Shown piece after piece: positions 1 through 9,675 of a DNA stretch of 64,000 nucleotides. The stretch comes from Dethiobacter alkaliphilus. GTDB taxonomy: Bacteria; Bacillota; Dethiobacteria; DTU022; UBA8154. The notes beneath the pieces are model-generated. The model was given only the letters and a program-made list of their open reading frames with translations. It made no database searches and was not told the origin of the DNA. The stretch covers positions 165,553 through 229,552 of the forward strand of contig JAENYV010000001.1 in assembly GCA_016841605.1 (NCBI GenBank), given 5' to 3'. The position numbers and the translations under genes are program-made. Every line of letters starts with the position of its first letter. Position 1 is the stretch's first letter.

Positions 1-1094
1 ATTCTCCCCATGATGTTGTCTTTCTATTAAAGGAAATCGGCCTGCACATAGAAGAACAAGGCAATGAGGAGCGGGAGAGAGCCATCCAAAGAGGGACGCA
101 TTACTCTGAGATGCTTCCTATTGAGTACAGGCCGACAAAGGAGTATATTGACCTGTTCCATAAATCTTTAAAGGAAACGGGAGGCAGGCTTGCCCTGGCA
201 ACAGCCGTCGTAGCCGAGACTATCCTTAAAAGGTCGGGGCCAAGAGTAATTTTAGTCTCCCTGGCAAGGGCGGGCACACCGATCGGCGTTCTGATAAAAA
301 AATACCTGCGGCAGTTTCACGGAGTGGATGCGCCCCACTACAGTATTTCTATTATCCGGGATAAAGGAATTGATAAAAACGCCTTAATTTATCTGCTGCA
401 GCGATACCCTGGCTATGAGATTCAGTTTATTGATGGGTGGACGGGAAAAGGTTCTATTACCCGGGAGCTGAGCCGTTCCATCTCAAACTTCGAGCAGGAA
501 TTTAAATTGAACGCGGGCTGCATTAATCGGGACCTGGCGGTCCTGGCAGATCCGGGTTACTGCGCCAATATCTTTGGGACCAGGGATGACTTTTTAATCC
601 CCAGCGCCTGCCTGAATTCAACCGTATCCGGGCTGATGTCGCGGACGGTCTACAGGGATGACCTTATTAAGGGGCTTGATTTTCACGGGGCTAAATTTTA
701 TGCGGAGCTTAGGGGCGAGGATCTCTCCAACTACTTTGTTGATACCGTTGCAGGACACCTGAACGAGGCTCATCAACGGTCCTTAATGCTTCTGGAGGCA
801 AAACCCCGTCTGGGTGTGGATAATGCTCCCGCCTGGGTTGGTTTAAAAGAAGTAAGAGCTATTCAGCTGGCATTTGGTATTCAAAATGTTAATCATGTTA
901 AACCGGGGGTAGGGGAAACAACAAGGGTTCTCCTGCGGCGCGTACCCTGGAAGATCTTAGTAAGGGACGCTGCCGGCCCGGATGTCAGGCACGTTTTACT
1001 GCTGGCTGAGGATCGGAAGGTAGAGGTGCAGGAGTATCCCCGGATGAGCTATTCCTGCTGCGGGCTAATTAAGTCGGTAGGTGAAGCTGAATGA
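1..1094 (+). CDS. PRTase-fold protein of the Ter-associated biosynthetic module (StiP-family-like); 5' end probably off-window
   Basis: The same frame is open from nt 3 up to the listed ATG at 111 (..HDVVFLLKEIGLHIEEQGNEERERAIQRGTHYSE-MLPIEY), so the gene likely starts left of the window. Motifs RVILVSLARAGTPIGVLIKKY and IDGWTGKGSI look like PRTase-type loops. ATGA overlap with the next gene. Family call is from memory. Confidence 0.55.
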   Translation, partial: SPHDVVFLLKEIGLHIEEQGNEERERAIQRGTHYSEMLPIEYRPTKEYIDLFHKSLKETGGRLALATAVVAETILKRSGPRVILVSLARAGTPIGVLIKKYLRQFHGVDAPHYSISIIRDKGIDKNALIYLLQRYPGYEIQFIDGWTGKGSITRELSRSISNFEQEFKLNAGCINRDLAVLADPGYCANIFGTRDDFLIPSACLNSTVSGLMSRTVYRDDLIKGLDFHGAKFYAELRGEDLSNYFVDTVAGHLNEAHQRSLMLLEAKPRLGVDNAPAWVGLKEVRAIQLAFGIQNVNHVKPGVGETTRVLLRRVPWKILVRDAAGPDVRHVLLLAEDRKVEVQEYPRMSYSCCGLIKSVGEAE

Positions 1095-1906
1095 TTTTTG
1101 CCAGTGACCTTGACCGCACCCTGATTTACTCGGAAAAATTTCTTGAAGGCACTTCCTGCGCGGTCAGTTTGGTTGAGAGGGGCAAGTACAGATCATATAT
1201 GACCAGGCCGGCCGTTGAATTGCTGCGTCAGATTGCCGGGGAGATGACTTTTGTACCCTGCACTACCAGAACCATAGAGCAGTACCATCGCATTCAGCTT
1301 TTCCAGACGGAAATTGTTCCCCGGTACGCGGTAGTCAGTAATGGGGCTAATCTTCTTATCCGCGGCACGCCGGATATTAGTTACCGGACAAAGATGAGCC
1401 GAATGCTGGCAACAGACTGCCTGGCACCTGAGGATATGTTTGTTGAATTCAACAAAATCGCTTCAGAAGAATGGGCCGCCCCCATGCGGCAAGCGGACGG
1501 TGTCTTTTATTACTGCATTATTGACCGCCTGAAGGCCCCCCTCGGCTTGGTGCAGGCTTTTGCCCAATGGGCCGAAAGGAAAGGTTGGGCTGTATCTGTT
1601 CAGGAAAGGAAGCTGTATTTAGTTCCTCAACTGGTAAATAAGTGGACCGCCTTAAAAAGAGTTATGGAATTAACGGGCGATAATAGGGTTGTGGCTGCCG
1701 GCGACTCCCTCCTGGATCTACCGCTTGTTAAGGGAGCGGAGTATGCAATTTCCCCGTCACATGGCGAGCTATACTTGCAGCAAAAAGAGCTGAATGCCGG
1801 CAATGCCGGCTGGGATTTTACAAAGGCCTGCGGCATTGCAGCGGGGGAAGAGCTATTAAGAGCTGTTCTTAACAAAAACACCACTACAGAACAAGGGGGC
1901 TATTAG
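1091..1906 (+). CDS. HAD-superfamily phosphatase (Ter-module associated)
   Basis: N-terminal MIFASDLDRTLIYS (DxDxT-type motif I) and late GDSLLDL (motif IV-like). Translationally coupled (ATGA) to the upstream gene. Confidence 0.7.
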   Translation: MIFASDLDRTLIYSEKFLEGTSCAVSLVERGKYRSYMTRPAVELLRQIAGEMTFVPCTTRTIEQYHRIQLFQTEIVPRYAVVSNGANLLIRGTPDISYRTKMSRMLATDCLAPEDMFVEFNKIASEEWAAPMRQADGVFYYCIIDRLKAPLGLVQAFAQWAERKGWAVSVQERKLYLVPQLVNKWTALKRVMELTGDNRVVAAGDSLLDLPLVKGAEYAISPSHGELYLQQKELNAGNAGWDFTKACGIAAGEELLRAVLNKNTTTEQGGY

Positions 1907-2590
1907 GTGGAATATAAAATACTTTATCCAGGTGCATCTCCGCTAGTTCAAATATTTCTCACAGGGGGGGAGACCATAAAGGCTGAATCAGATGCTATGG
2001 TTGCCATGTCCTCATCTGTAGATGTAGAAGGGAAACTGGATGGGGGGCTGCTGGGAGGCCTGGCCCGGATGGTTGCAGGTGAGAGTTTTTTTCTGCAAAC
2101 GCTTACGGCCGGCCGCGGGCCGGGGGATGTTTTGTTGGCCCCGTCAACACCAGGAGACATTATTGACGTGGAGCTTGATGGCTCTTACAGTCTGATTATT
2201 CAAAAGGACGGCTTTTTGGCCGGCTCGGAAAATCTGCAAATATCTACTAAGCTGCAAAATCTCGCGCAGGGCATGTTTTCAGGGGAAGGTTTCTTTGTTG
2301 TGAAAGTCTCCGGCAAGGGATTTGTTTTCTTAAGTAGCTATGGCAGTATTCATGTCGTTAATCTGGAACCGGACCAGGAGTATGTTGTAGATAATAGTCA
2401 TCTGGTAGCGTGGCCCGACTATATGAACTATACGATAGAAAAAGCCTCCAAGGGCTGGATTTCCAGTTTTACATCCGGCGAGATGGCTGTCTGCCGTTTC
2501 CGGGGTCCTGGCCCGGTTATTATTCAAACCCGTAACCCCAGGGGCTTTGGAAACTGGATAAAAAGATTTATCCCTCAAAAAAAAGCATAA
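1907..2590 (+). CDS. TIGR00266/AIM24 (DUF124) family protein
   Basis: GTG start directly after the stop of the HAD gene. Sequence MEYKILYPG..GETIKAESDAMVAMSSSVDVEGKL..GESFFLQTLTG is typical of AIM24/TIGR00266 proteins. Confidence 0.7.
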   Translation: MEYKILYPGASPLVQIFLTGGETIKAESDAMVAMSSSVDVEGKLDGGLLGGLARMVAGESFFLQTLTAGRGPGDVLLAPSTPGDIIDVELDGSYSLIIQKDGFLAGSENLQISTKLQNLAQGMFSGEGFFVVKVSGKGFVFLSSYGSIHVVNLEPDQEYVVDNSHLVAWPDYMNYTIEKASKGWISSFTSGEMAVCRFRGPGPVIIQTRNPRGFGNWIKRFIPQKKA

Positions 2591-2692
2591 AAGTGCAAAA
2601 AAGAGGATATATGAAAGGTGAACTATTCCATTTAAAGCAATAATAAACTATTATAATATATTTATACGTCCGGACTATAAGAATGAAAGGGT

Positions 2693-5140
2693 ATGCTCTG
2701 GATGGAAATTAATAGAAATAAAAGCATTGTTTTTAAGCAATCTAACGACATATATAATGACATATTGCTGCCATTAGAAGAACGTTCTCAGGAGCAAGGT
2801 AAAAGATCTGTCTATTTTTATAGGATGATAGGTTTTAACAACCAGACGGAATTTGTCAAGAAAACAGCCATGCTTCATGAGAAATTAGTCAATCTGGGTA
2901 ATCTCTATCTATATTTTATCAATGAAATCCCGCTTCCTTTTAATGAACAACTAACCGGCCAAATAAATAAAACCTTTACTTCATTAAATATATCTTTTGA
3001 GACTTTGCAAGCAGAAACTTTATGCCATACTATTGAAACGGCGGATTTATTTCCTTTACCTGCTGTGGAATTAAAAAATTCTTTCAAAACTGTTCTAGGC
3101 GAATATCTAAAAAAAGAGAAACCTGCAAACATAGGGATGATAAAAAATTTTGTTTCCAAGTTAATCTTATGGATACACGAGTATATTCCAGGGTTTTATG
3201 CCTCTAAATCTCCCTGGAATCCCAAAATACTATATTACGGTGATATTAAAAAACACTCTGTTTACTTCCTGATTTTGTTATCACAACTCGGTTGTGATGT
3301 TTTGTATATCAACCCTTACTCTGATGAGGAATATATAAAAGTAGACAATAATAACCGTTTTTCTATGCTCCATGAAGAAAATATTAAAAGTAAGCTTAGC
3401 AGTCCGCCCATAAAAGTAATTAGTAGACCTGAGCAGCCCCTTAACATGGAACAGCTAAATCAAGTAGTGCCGATAACGGGTCATTCGGTTATTGTTAAAT
3501 TAAAAAGCTCCAACGACATATTTAAGGACTTACTGATGCCGTTAAGTAAAAGAAGCGGTTTTCTTGGTAACCCAGCTCCAATTGTGCCGGTATATTTTTA
3601 TAGGTACATTGGTATAAACGGGAAAATTGATCCGGCAGTTGATGAGTATTACAATAACCTTTACCAACTTGATAAAACTTTAAGGAGCAGGCAAAATGGC
3701 TATATAAGATTAACGGACCAATTAGCTGCACCTGAGAATAAGGAAATCTCCACTTACAAGTCTAAATTACAGCATGCCGGGACAACACTACTTTATGGCA
3801 GCGAAAAGGATCTTTTCATAAACAGAATAATCAATGCGAAAATTTTACCTTCCACCATAAACCAGCCATTAAACAACACCATAAAAAAAGCTTTTATGGA
3901 TATAATGAACTTGTTTGACAAATTGGAGCCCAACAGTGGCATTTACAAAATGGAGAGTTTTGCACTTAAAATGCTCTGCTGGATTAATAATTATTTCAAA
4001 TATTTATACAAATCCTTTGATTTTAAAGAAAACCCTCGAATCTTGTATTACGGCGACATTAAAAACCATGAGATATGCCTGTTAATCTATTTTTCAAAAA
4101 TTGGGTGTGATGTTCTATATGTTAATTCCGACATAGAAAAAGATGATATTTTTAAACAAATCGATATAAAACAAGAATACACAAAACTGATACAAAATGA
4201 GTTTAGTAAAGAGTTGGAAAAGTTTCCGGAACATGAAAGAAAAGTTAGGAAAGCTACCGTTGCCTATAATGCATCCCAGGAAATACAGCAGGTTATTTAC
4301 AACGAGGATGTAGGGTTATTTAAACCCTGGCAGTTTGAGAATAGTATGACAAGAACGGTAACTTTAAAAACCACTTATGATGAACTTAAAATTTTGTGGA
4401 ATGAAGAAGCCAAAATTAGACCCGAGTTTAAAGTTGTGGAGAACACTGTTTATGTGCCGAATCTTTTTGCTAAAATTAAGGGTACCCATGAGAATTTAGC
4501 ACAGTATTGGCAAGATTATAAAAAGCTGGCTGCTGCTAAGAATACCCACGTAATAACCTCTGTTCCTTTCACGAAAATAAATTACAGTAAGCGGGATTTA
4601 TATGCATCAGCTTTTTTAATCAATGATTCCGGCTTAATAGATAGAGAGAAACTATTTAGTAGTAATTTCTATAAGTACGGCTATTTAAGAACATCGTTGC
4701 AAGAATTTATCATTAATAAGACGGAGGAGTTAATTAAAGCAGATTTATTTATCAATAGCAATAAAGAGTTGCCTTTAAAGATACTGATGACCATCCTGAC
4801 CATGGATGAAAACGTATTAAACTTGATAGAATTCTTTGATTATCCCGGTGATATACCAAAACTGGTTATTTTTGACGGGACTAAAGATGTTTTCAGCGAT
4901 GAAGACGCCATAATTATAGCCTTTCTTAACCTGGTCGGAATAGATATGGCCGTTTTTACACCAACTAATTATAACAATATTGAACTTAAATTGAAGAAAG
5001 GGTTGCTGGATATCCATCAGTTGTCATCAGTACACCTGGATTTACAAGCACCTGATATTACTATTAAGCCGGCTGAAGAAAACAAAATTAGTTCTTTCTT
5101 AAACAGCTTTTCACAAAAAATTAGGAGGAAATTTAATTGA
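2693..5140 (+). CDS. YceG-like 'biosynthetic module' protein, internally duplicated (815 aa)
   Basis: It sits directly upstream of telA, as yceG/yceH do in Bacillus. Two paralogous halves are visible: ..IVFKQSNDIYNDILLPLEERS..VYFYRMIGFN..ILYYGDIKKHSVYFLILLSQLGCDVLYINP versus ..VIVKLKSSNDIFKDLLMPLSKRS..VYFYRYIGIN..ILYYGDIKNHEICLLIYFSKIGCDVLYVNS. An alternative ATG lies at 2702. Confidence 0.6.
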   Translation: MLWMEINRNKSIVFKQSNDIYNDILLPLEERSQEQGKRSVYFYRMIGFNNQTEFVKKTAMLHEKLVNLGNLYLYFINEIPLPFNEQLTGQINKTFTSLNISFETLQAETLCHTIETADLFPLPAVELKNSFKTVLGEYLKKEKPANIGMIKNFVSKLILWIHEYIPGFYASKSPWNPKILYYGDIKKHSVYFLILLSQLGCDVLYINPYSDEEYIKVDNNNRFSMLHEENIKSKLSSPPIKVISRPEQPLNMEQLNQVVPITGHSVIVKLKSSNDIFKDLLMPLSKRSGFLGNPAPIVPVYFYRYIGINGKIDPAVDEYYNNLYQLDKTLRSRQNGYIRLTDQLAAPENKEISTYKSKLQHAGTTLLYGSEKDLFINRIINAKILPSTINQPLNNTIKKAFMDIMNLFDKLEPNSGIYKMESFALKMLCWINNYFKYLYKSFDFKENPRILYYGDIKNHEICLLIYFSKIGCDVLYVNSDIEKDDIFKQIDIKQEYTKLIQNEFSKELEKFPEHERKVRKATVAYNASQEIQQVIYNEDVGLFKPWQFENSMTRTVTLKTTYDELKILWNEEAKIRPEFKVVENTVYVPNLFAKIKGTHENLAQYWQDYKKLAAAKNTHVITSVPFTKINYSKRDLYASAFLINDSGLIDREKLFSSNFYKYGYLRTSLQEFIINKTEELIKADLFINSNKELPLKILMTILTMDENVLNLIEFFDYPGDIPKLVIFDGTKDVFSDEDAIIIAFLNLVGIDMAVFTPTNYNNIELKLKKGLLDIHQLSSVHLDLQAPDITIKPAEENKISSFLNSFSQKIRRKFN

Positions 5141-6246
5141 AAATTGAACGATCAAAAAAACAACCTGAACAGGCAGTGGAAGTAGTTCCTTTTGATTTAG
5201 AGAAGCAAAAAAAAGAAGTGGCGGCAAAAATTCAAAACTCTCCGGAGGTAGACCATATTTTGGAACAGATCGATCTGGATAACGCAGATACAATTATGAC
5301 CTTTGGAGCTAACATTACCGAGGAGATAGCTAAGTTTTCCGATCAGATTCTCCATAGCATGGAAACTACCAAAGTGGAAGATTCCGGGGATATGCTCATT
5401 CAACTCAACCAGATCATGGACAAGTTTGATATTAAGGATTTTGAAGAAAAAAAACAGGGAATTTTAACCAAATTGTTTAATAAGGCTAAGGATTCCATTG
5501 AGGCATTATTCAAGAAATACCACACCATGGGTGACGAGGTGGACAAGATTTATGTTACCCTAAAGCAGTATGAGTCTGAAATCAATATAACCAATAATAA
5601 TCTGGAAGAAATGTTCGTTAAGAACCTGGAATACTACGAGCAGTTAGGGGAATACATTTTTGCCGGGGAGCTAGCCGTTAATGAAATAAAAAGCAACGTA
5701 ATTCCCCAAATGCAAGTAAATGCTGAAAGCAGCGGTAATCAGCTGGATCAGTTGGCGGTAAATAATGCCAACAGAATGTTGGAGATGATGGAACAGCGGG
5801 TTCATGATTTAAAATTAGCCGAGAATATCGCCATTCAAACCATGCCCAGCATTAAGTCCATTCAAAATGGCAACTATAATTTAATCCGTAAAATAAATTC
5901 GGCTTTCATTATTACGCTGCCCATATTTAAGCAATGCCTGATCCAATCAATCATGCTAAAGAGGCAGGCGGTTCAAGCCAAGGCCATGCAGGCATTGGAT
6001 GACAAAACCAATGAACTGCTTTTAAGAAATGCCCAAAATACAGCTCTGCAGTCCAAAATGACCGCTAAACTGGCTTCCGGTAGTTTTGTCAGCATTGAAA
6101 CACTACAGCAGTCGTGGGAGACAATTGTTAAAGGCATTGAAGAAACCAAGCAAATTCAAGAGGATATGCGTCAAAAAAGGTACGAGGACAGTAAAAAATT
6201 GCAGGCTTTTAAAGAAGAGTTTGAAAGTAAGAAAATGCTCAATTAA
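5137..6246 (+). CDS. telA: TelA/KlaA toxic-anion-resistance family protein
   Basis: TTG start 9 nt after AGGAGG, with a 4-nt overlap on the upstream gene. A 369-aa coiled-coil-rich protein with DNADTIMTFGANITEEIAKFSDQIL.., typical of TelA/YceH. Confidence 0.8.
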   Translation: MKIERSKKQPEQAVEVVPFDLEKQKKEVAAKIQNSPEVDHILEQIDLDNADTIMTFGANITEEIAKFSDQILHSMETTKVEDSGDMLIQLNQIMDKFDIKDFEEKKQGILTKLFNKAKDSIEALFKKYHTMGDEVDKIYVTLKQYESEINITNNNLEEMFVKNLEYYEQLGEYIFAGELAVNEIKSNVIPQMQVNAESSGNQLDQLAVNNANRMLEMMEQRVHDLKLAENIAIQTMPSIKSIQNGNYNLIRKINSAFIITLPIFKQCLIQSIMLKRQAVQAKAMQALDDKTNELLLRNAQNTALQSKMTAKLASGSFVSIETLQQSWETIVKGIEETKQIQEDMRQKRYEDSKKLQAFKEEFESKKMLN

Positions 6247-6269
6247 TTATCTCATGGCCGGAAAAGTAA

Positions 6270-6298
6270 AAATCGGGAGTTTGATAACTCCCGATTTT
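6270..6298 (+). terminator. Rho-independent (potentially bidirectional) terminator after telA
   Basis: AAATCGGGAGTT-tgat-AACTCCCGATTT is a perfect 12-bp stem with a 4-nt loop, flanked by an A-run and a T-run, 24 nt after the stop. Confidence 0.75.
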
Positions 6299-6302
6299 AC
6301 GA

Positions 6303-6345
6303 TGGTGGGGCTGCCGGGGATCGAACCCGGGACCTTGAAGCCCAA
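6303..6345 (-). pseudogene. Orphan tRNA 3' fragment (T-arm + acceptor 3' strand + CCA)
   Basis: The reverse complement reads ..GGTC CCGGG TTCGATC CCCGG CAGCCCC A CCA: a perfect T-stem/loop, 7-nt acceptor strand, discriminator and CCA. No matching 5' acceptor strand (GGGGCTG), D-arm or paired anticodon stem could be found in the next 40 nt. Confidence 0.55.
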
Positions 6346-6779
6346 CCGGCAAAATTTGATCCCAAAAAGTTAAATTCCTCCTCATTAAAAAATTCATCAA
6401 CAGTAATCATCTTCCGCTAACTAAATTTTTTACTAATGCCCCCCCCCTTTTTTTTATTGTTAACAAATACTACACTGTTTTAAAACAGGACGGTTTGAAT
6501 AAAAGCACATTTAATCGATATAAGAAAGCCGAGTCCAATCTAAACTATTAAGATTGTTACAACTATGGACAGGCTTTTTTTTATTTGTAATATTAGCCAT
6601 ATAAATCAAGAGAAAAAATCAAATAATTTTATGATTTATTCATGCTTACAACAGCAAAGTTCCCCCTATCCCTAATTTTAATAAATCTCAGTAATCTTTT
6701 TTAGCATTATATTACAAAAATTAAGTATTGGCATGAATGTTGCAAAAATGAGGATTGAGAAAGGTAAATGTAATGTTAA

Positions 6780-7259
6780 CTACAAAGGCAGGAAACTGCA
6801 AAGACCACCGCAATGCTTATGTTTTTAATTATATTCGGCATGGGTTTTGCCTACCTGGTTAGTTCCTTAGGAATACCGCGAGAAGTTTCAAGTGCACTGG
6901 TAAGCATTGACGCAAGCAAATGGGTTATTTTTACCTTTATCCTCATATTCTGGATACTGGCGGGTTGCTTTTTGGACCCTACGGGCTTGCTTGTTGTAAC
7001 ATTGCCCATATTGTATCCGCCTCTGGTTGAATTAGGATTTGAGCCTATTTGGATAGGTATTATTGCAACGCTTGCTATTTGTATCGGGATGATAACCCCC
7101 CCCGTTGGACTAAATTTATACGTTGTTAAGGGAATTACAAATAGTTCCTTTGAAGAAGTTGTCTCCGGATCACTTCCGTTTCTGCTTGTTATCCTGGTTA
7201 TAATGTTCTTATTGATAGTTTTCCCTCAGATTGTTATGTTTGTGCCCAATACAATGTGA
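6780..7259 (+). pseudogene. dctM: 5'-truncated TRAP transporter large permease (DctM) fragment
   Basis: Only the C-terminal ~160 aa are present. The frame opens right after a TAA at 6777 and reads LQRQETAKTTAMLMFLIIFG...LDPTGLLVVTLPILYPPLVELGFEPIWIGIIATL..ITPPVGLNLYVVKG, matching the DctM C-terminus. No N-terminal part, dctQ or dctP lies nearby. Confidence 0.7.
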
Positions 7260-7351
7260 TTTTGAGAATAAAATAACTCACCCCCTGCCGTGGGAGGTAG
7301 GGGGTGAAAAACTAAATAACTAAATAACATTTTGTTCAATGGGAGTAGCCC

Positions 7352-9292
7352 TTATGCTTCAGTATGCTCAATCCGATACTCATATATTTTACGGTATAAA
7401 GTTGTCCTGGAAATTCCCATGAATTCTGCAACCTTTGATTTATTTCCTTTATTCTTATTCAGAAGAGAAATAATTAGTTCTTTTTCATAATTATCCAGAG
7501 GTACTAGCATCGGTTCATCTTTTTCCTCAACAGTATTGCGAATAGTAGCGGGTAGATCCGAAGTAGTTATAATATTGCCGGTTACGATGTTTATTGTCCT
7601 TTCCAAAACGTTTTGCAGTTCTCTCGCATTTCCCGGCCAACGGTAACGGGTTAGCACATCTAAAGCATCCTTGCTGATTTGCGAAACATCTTTATTTAAG
7701 CGCTGATTTAATTTGTTTAAGAAATGTTCAGCTAAAATAACAATATCATCAGGTCTTTCTCTGAGTGATGGAATATTAATTCGCAATACATTTAACCTGT
7801 AAAAAAGGTCTTCTCTAAAGTGCCCCAATTTAATTTCTTCTTCCAGTTTTTTATTAGTAGCAGCAATTATTCTGACATCTATGGGAATTAATTTCCCTCC
7901 ACCTATTCTGGTAATAGAATTTTCTTGTAATACTCGCAATAAGACAGCTTGGAATTCAAGGGGCATTTCTCCTATCTCATCTAAAAAAAGTGTCCCGCCG
8001 TCAGCCAATTCAAATTTTCCCGGATTCCCGCCTTTTTTTGCCCCGGTAAATGCACCATCTGCATAACCGAATAATTCACTTTCAATTAAATTTCTGGGAA
8101 GGGCAGCGCAATTTATCGCCAGGAACGGATTGTTTTTACGGTTGCTTGCATTATGAATTGCCTGTGCAAAAATTTCTTTTCCGGTTCCGCTTTCGCCTAC
8201 GAGCAATACATTTGAAATACTGTTGGCAGCTGTTTTACCCAGCATTACTGTTGATAAAAAGAGGTCGTTTTGACCAATTAAATCTTCAAAAGTATATGTG
8301 GCCATTGCTCCTACAAACCTGTTAACGAATTTTTTTACTTTCTTCATTTCCCTTAATACCAGTAAAAGGCCGATAATCTCATTATTTGTTGAGTAAATCA
8401 GCTTGTAATTTGCCGTATAATCATTTGCATCCAGAGAGAAACCGGTTTTTTTTTGTTCAAAACAGTTTTCAATACCTTGATAAAGTGGATGGTTCTTTCC
8501 AAGAAGAGTATTAATCGGTTGAGATAATATTTTATCTTCCGGTTTGGTAATTTTAAGTAGATTTTTTGCGCACTTATTTATATGCATAATAGTTCTATCT
8601 GTTTTTAAAGCTAATATTCCATCACTAATGGATTCCATCATGGAGGTTTTAAACGCATCGACAATTGCAATTTCAATATAAGATTTTTGTATTCGCCAGC
8701 TGTTTTCTATCGCGCTTGCTGCGGCGACAATCATACCCAGCGTATGAGGATGAACTTTGTCATAATCACCAACCATTGTTAGAACGCCGAGAAGATTATT
8801 ATCTTCATCAAAAATTGGAGCTGAGGATGCAGCCCAATCATGTCCGGTTATACAAAAATGTTCAGCGGCAAATACCTGGCTGGGTTTCTGAGTTAAAAGG
8901 CATAATCCGATGGAGTTTGTTCCTGCTGATTCCTCTGTCCAATTGTCACCCAAACGTACTTTTGTATTTTTTATGATATTATGATCCCCTTCAATAGCAA
9001 TATATACTCCTTTGCTATTCGTCAGGGAAATGAGGAAAAATGAACCTTTAACAATATTATATAAATTTTTCATTATTGGAACTGCTGTTTCCAATAAAGC
9101 ATGTTGTTTTCCTAATTCATCTTCCGATAAACTGGTTCTCAGTATTCTATTAGTAAAAGGTGAAAGCTGGTTATCGGAACATCTTTGCCAGGATTTAGCA
9201 ATAACCGGCCTTACAGAGGAAGTAATTTTTCCTGTTGTTACAAAGATATCCCATGCCTTTTCCAGGCTTTTTCTCATGCTTAAATTATCCAT
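7352..9292 (-). CDS. Sigma-54-dependent transcriptional activator (GAF/PAS sensor - AAA+ - Fis HTH; AcoR-like)
   Basis: Walker A is VLLVGESGTGKE and the sigma-54 contact loop is GAFTGA (YADGAFTGAKK). Also present are GTLFLDEIGEM and the C-terminal HTH SKVAEFMGISRTTLYRKI. Confidence 0.9.
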   Translation of the reverse strand: MDNLSMRKSLEKAWDIFVTTGKITSSVRPVIAKSWQRCSDNQLSPFTNRILRTSLSEDELGKQHALLETAVPIMKNLYNIVKGSFFLISLTNSKGVYIAIEGDHNIIKNTKVRLGDNWTEESAGTNSIGLCLLTQKPSQVFAAEHFCITGHDWAASSAPIFDEDNNLLGVLTMVGDYDKVHPHTLGMIVAAASAIENSWRIQKSYIEIAIVDAFKTSMMESISDGILALKTDRTIMHINKCAKNLLKITKPEDKILSQPINTLLGKNHPLYQGIENCFEQKKTGFSLDANDYTANYKLIYSTNNEIIGLLLVLREMKKVKKFVNRFVGAMATYTFEDLIGQNDLFLSTVMLGKTAANSISNVLLVGESGTGKEIFAQAIHNASNRKNNPFLAINCAALPRNLIESELFGYADGAFTGAKKGGNPGKFELADGGTLFLDEIGEMPLEFQAVLLRVLQENSITRIGGGKLIPIDVRIIAATNKKLEEEIKLGHFREDLFYRLNVLRINIPSLRERPDDIVILAEHFLNKLNQRLNKDVSQISKDALDVLTRYRWPGNARELQNVLERTINIVTGNIITTSDLPATIRNTVEEKDEPMLVPLDNYEKELIISLLNKNKGNKSKVAEFMGISRTTLYRKIYEYRIEHTEA

Positions 9293-9571
9293 AAATTAAC
9301 TCCTCTGACAATAAACAGAAAAACATTATTGTTTAAAGAATTATTTACATTTTTAATATATAAAGCTTAGCATAAAAAAGGCAGTCTTTCAATCCATAAT
9401 TGAAAATGCAGCATTATATTGTCCATTAATGTTACACTGTCCATAAAGTGTGCGTTAAGATGTTACAGTTATCATCCCGAACAATAGAAGAACAATATAC
9501 TTAGGATAATTTTTCCCGGCCTGCCGGCACTCCTGCCTTCGGGCCTCTGCATTTTCAGGGCGGGGCATGTT

Positions 9572-9587
9572 TGGTACGGTAGTTGCA
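9572..9587 (+). promoter_or_regulatory. Sigma-54 (-24/-12) promoter of the hbd operon
   Basis: TGGTAC-GGTAG-TTGCA matches the TGGCAC-N5-TTGCW consensus with exact spacing. It lies ~90 nt upstream of the 9676 start and next to the divergent sigma-54 activator. Confidence 0.7.
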
Positions 9588-9675
9588 CAATATCTCTGTG
9601 TCGAGAAAAAAAATTAAGCTCTAACACCTTGGCAAAACGATCTAAGGCTATTTTTAAAAAAGGAGGTATGTACAG

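Noticed and set aside
6086-6373. 95-aa + strand ORF overlapping the telA 3' end and reading ..MVGLPGIEPGT..
   Set aside because: It overlaps telA out of frame and crosses the terminator. The GIEPGT stretch is simply the translation of the antisense tRNA T-arm fragment.
6303-6380. Full-length tRNA (possibly tRNA-Pro, since a TGG triplet sits in a 7-nt loop-like context)
   Set aside because: The anticodon stem does not pair (TGCCG vs TTCAA). No D-arm is present, and no 5' acceptor strand complementary to CAGCCCC exists at the right distance. Only the 3' third is tRNA-like.
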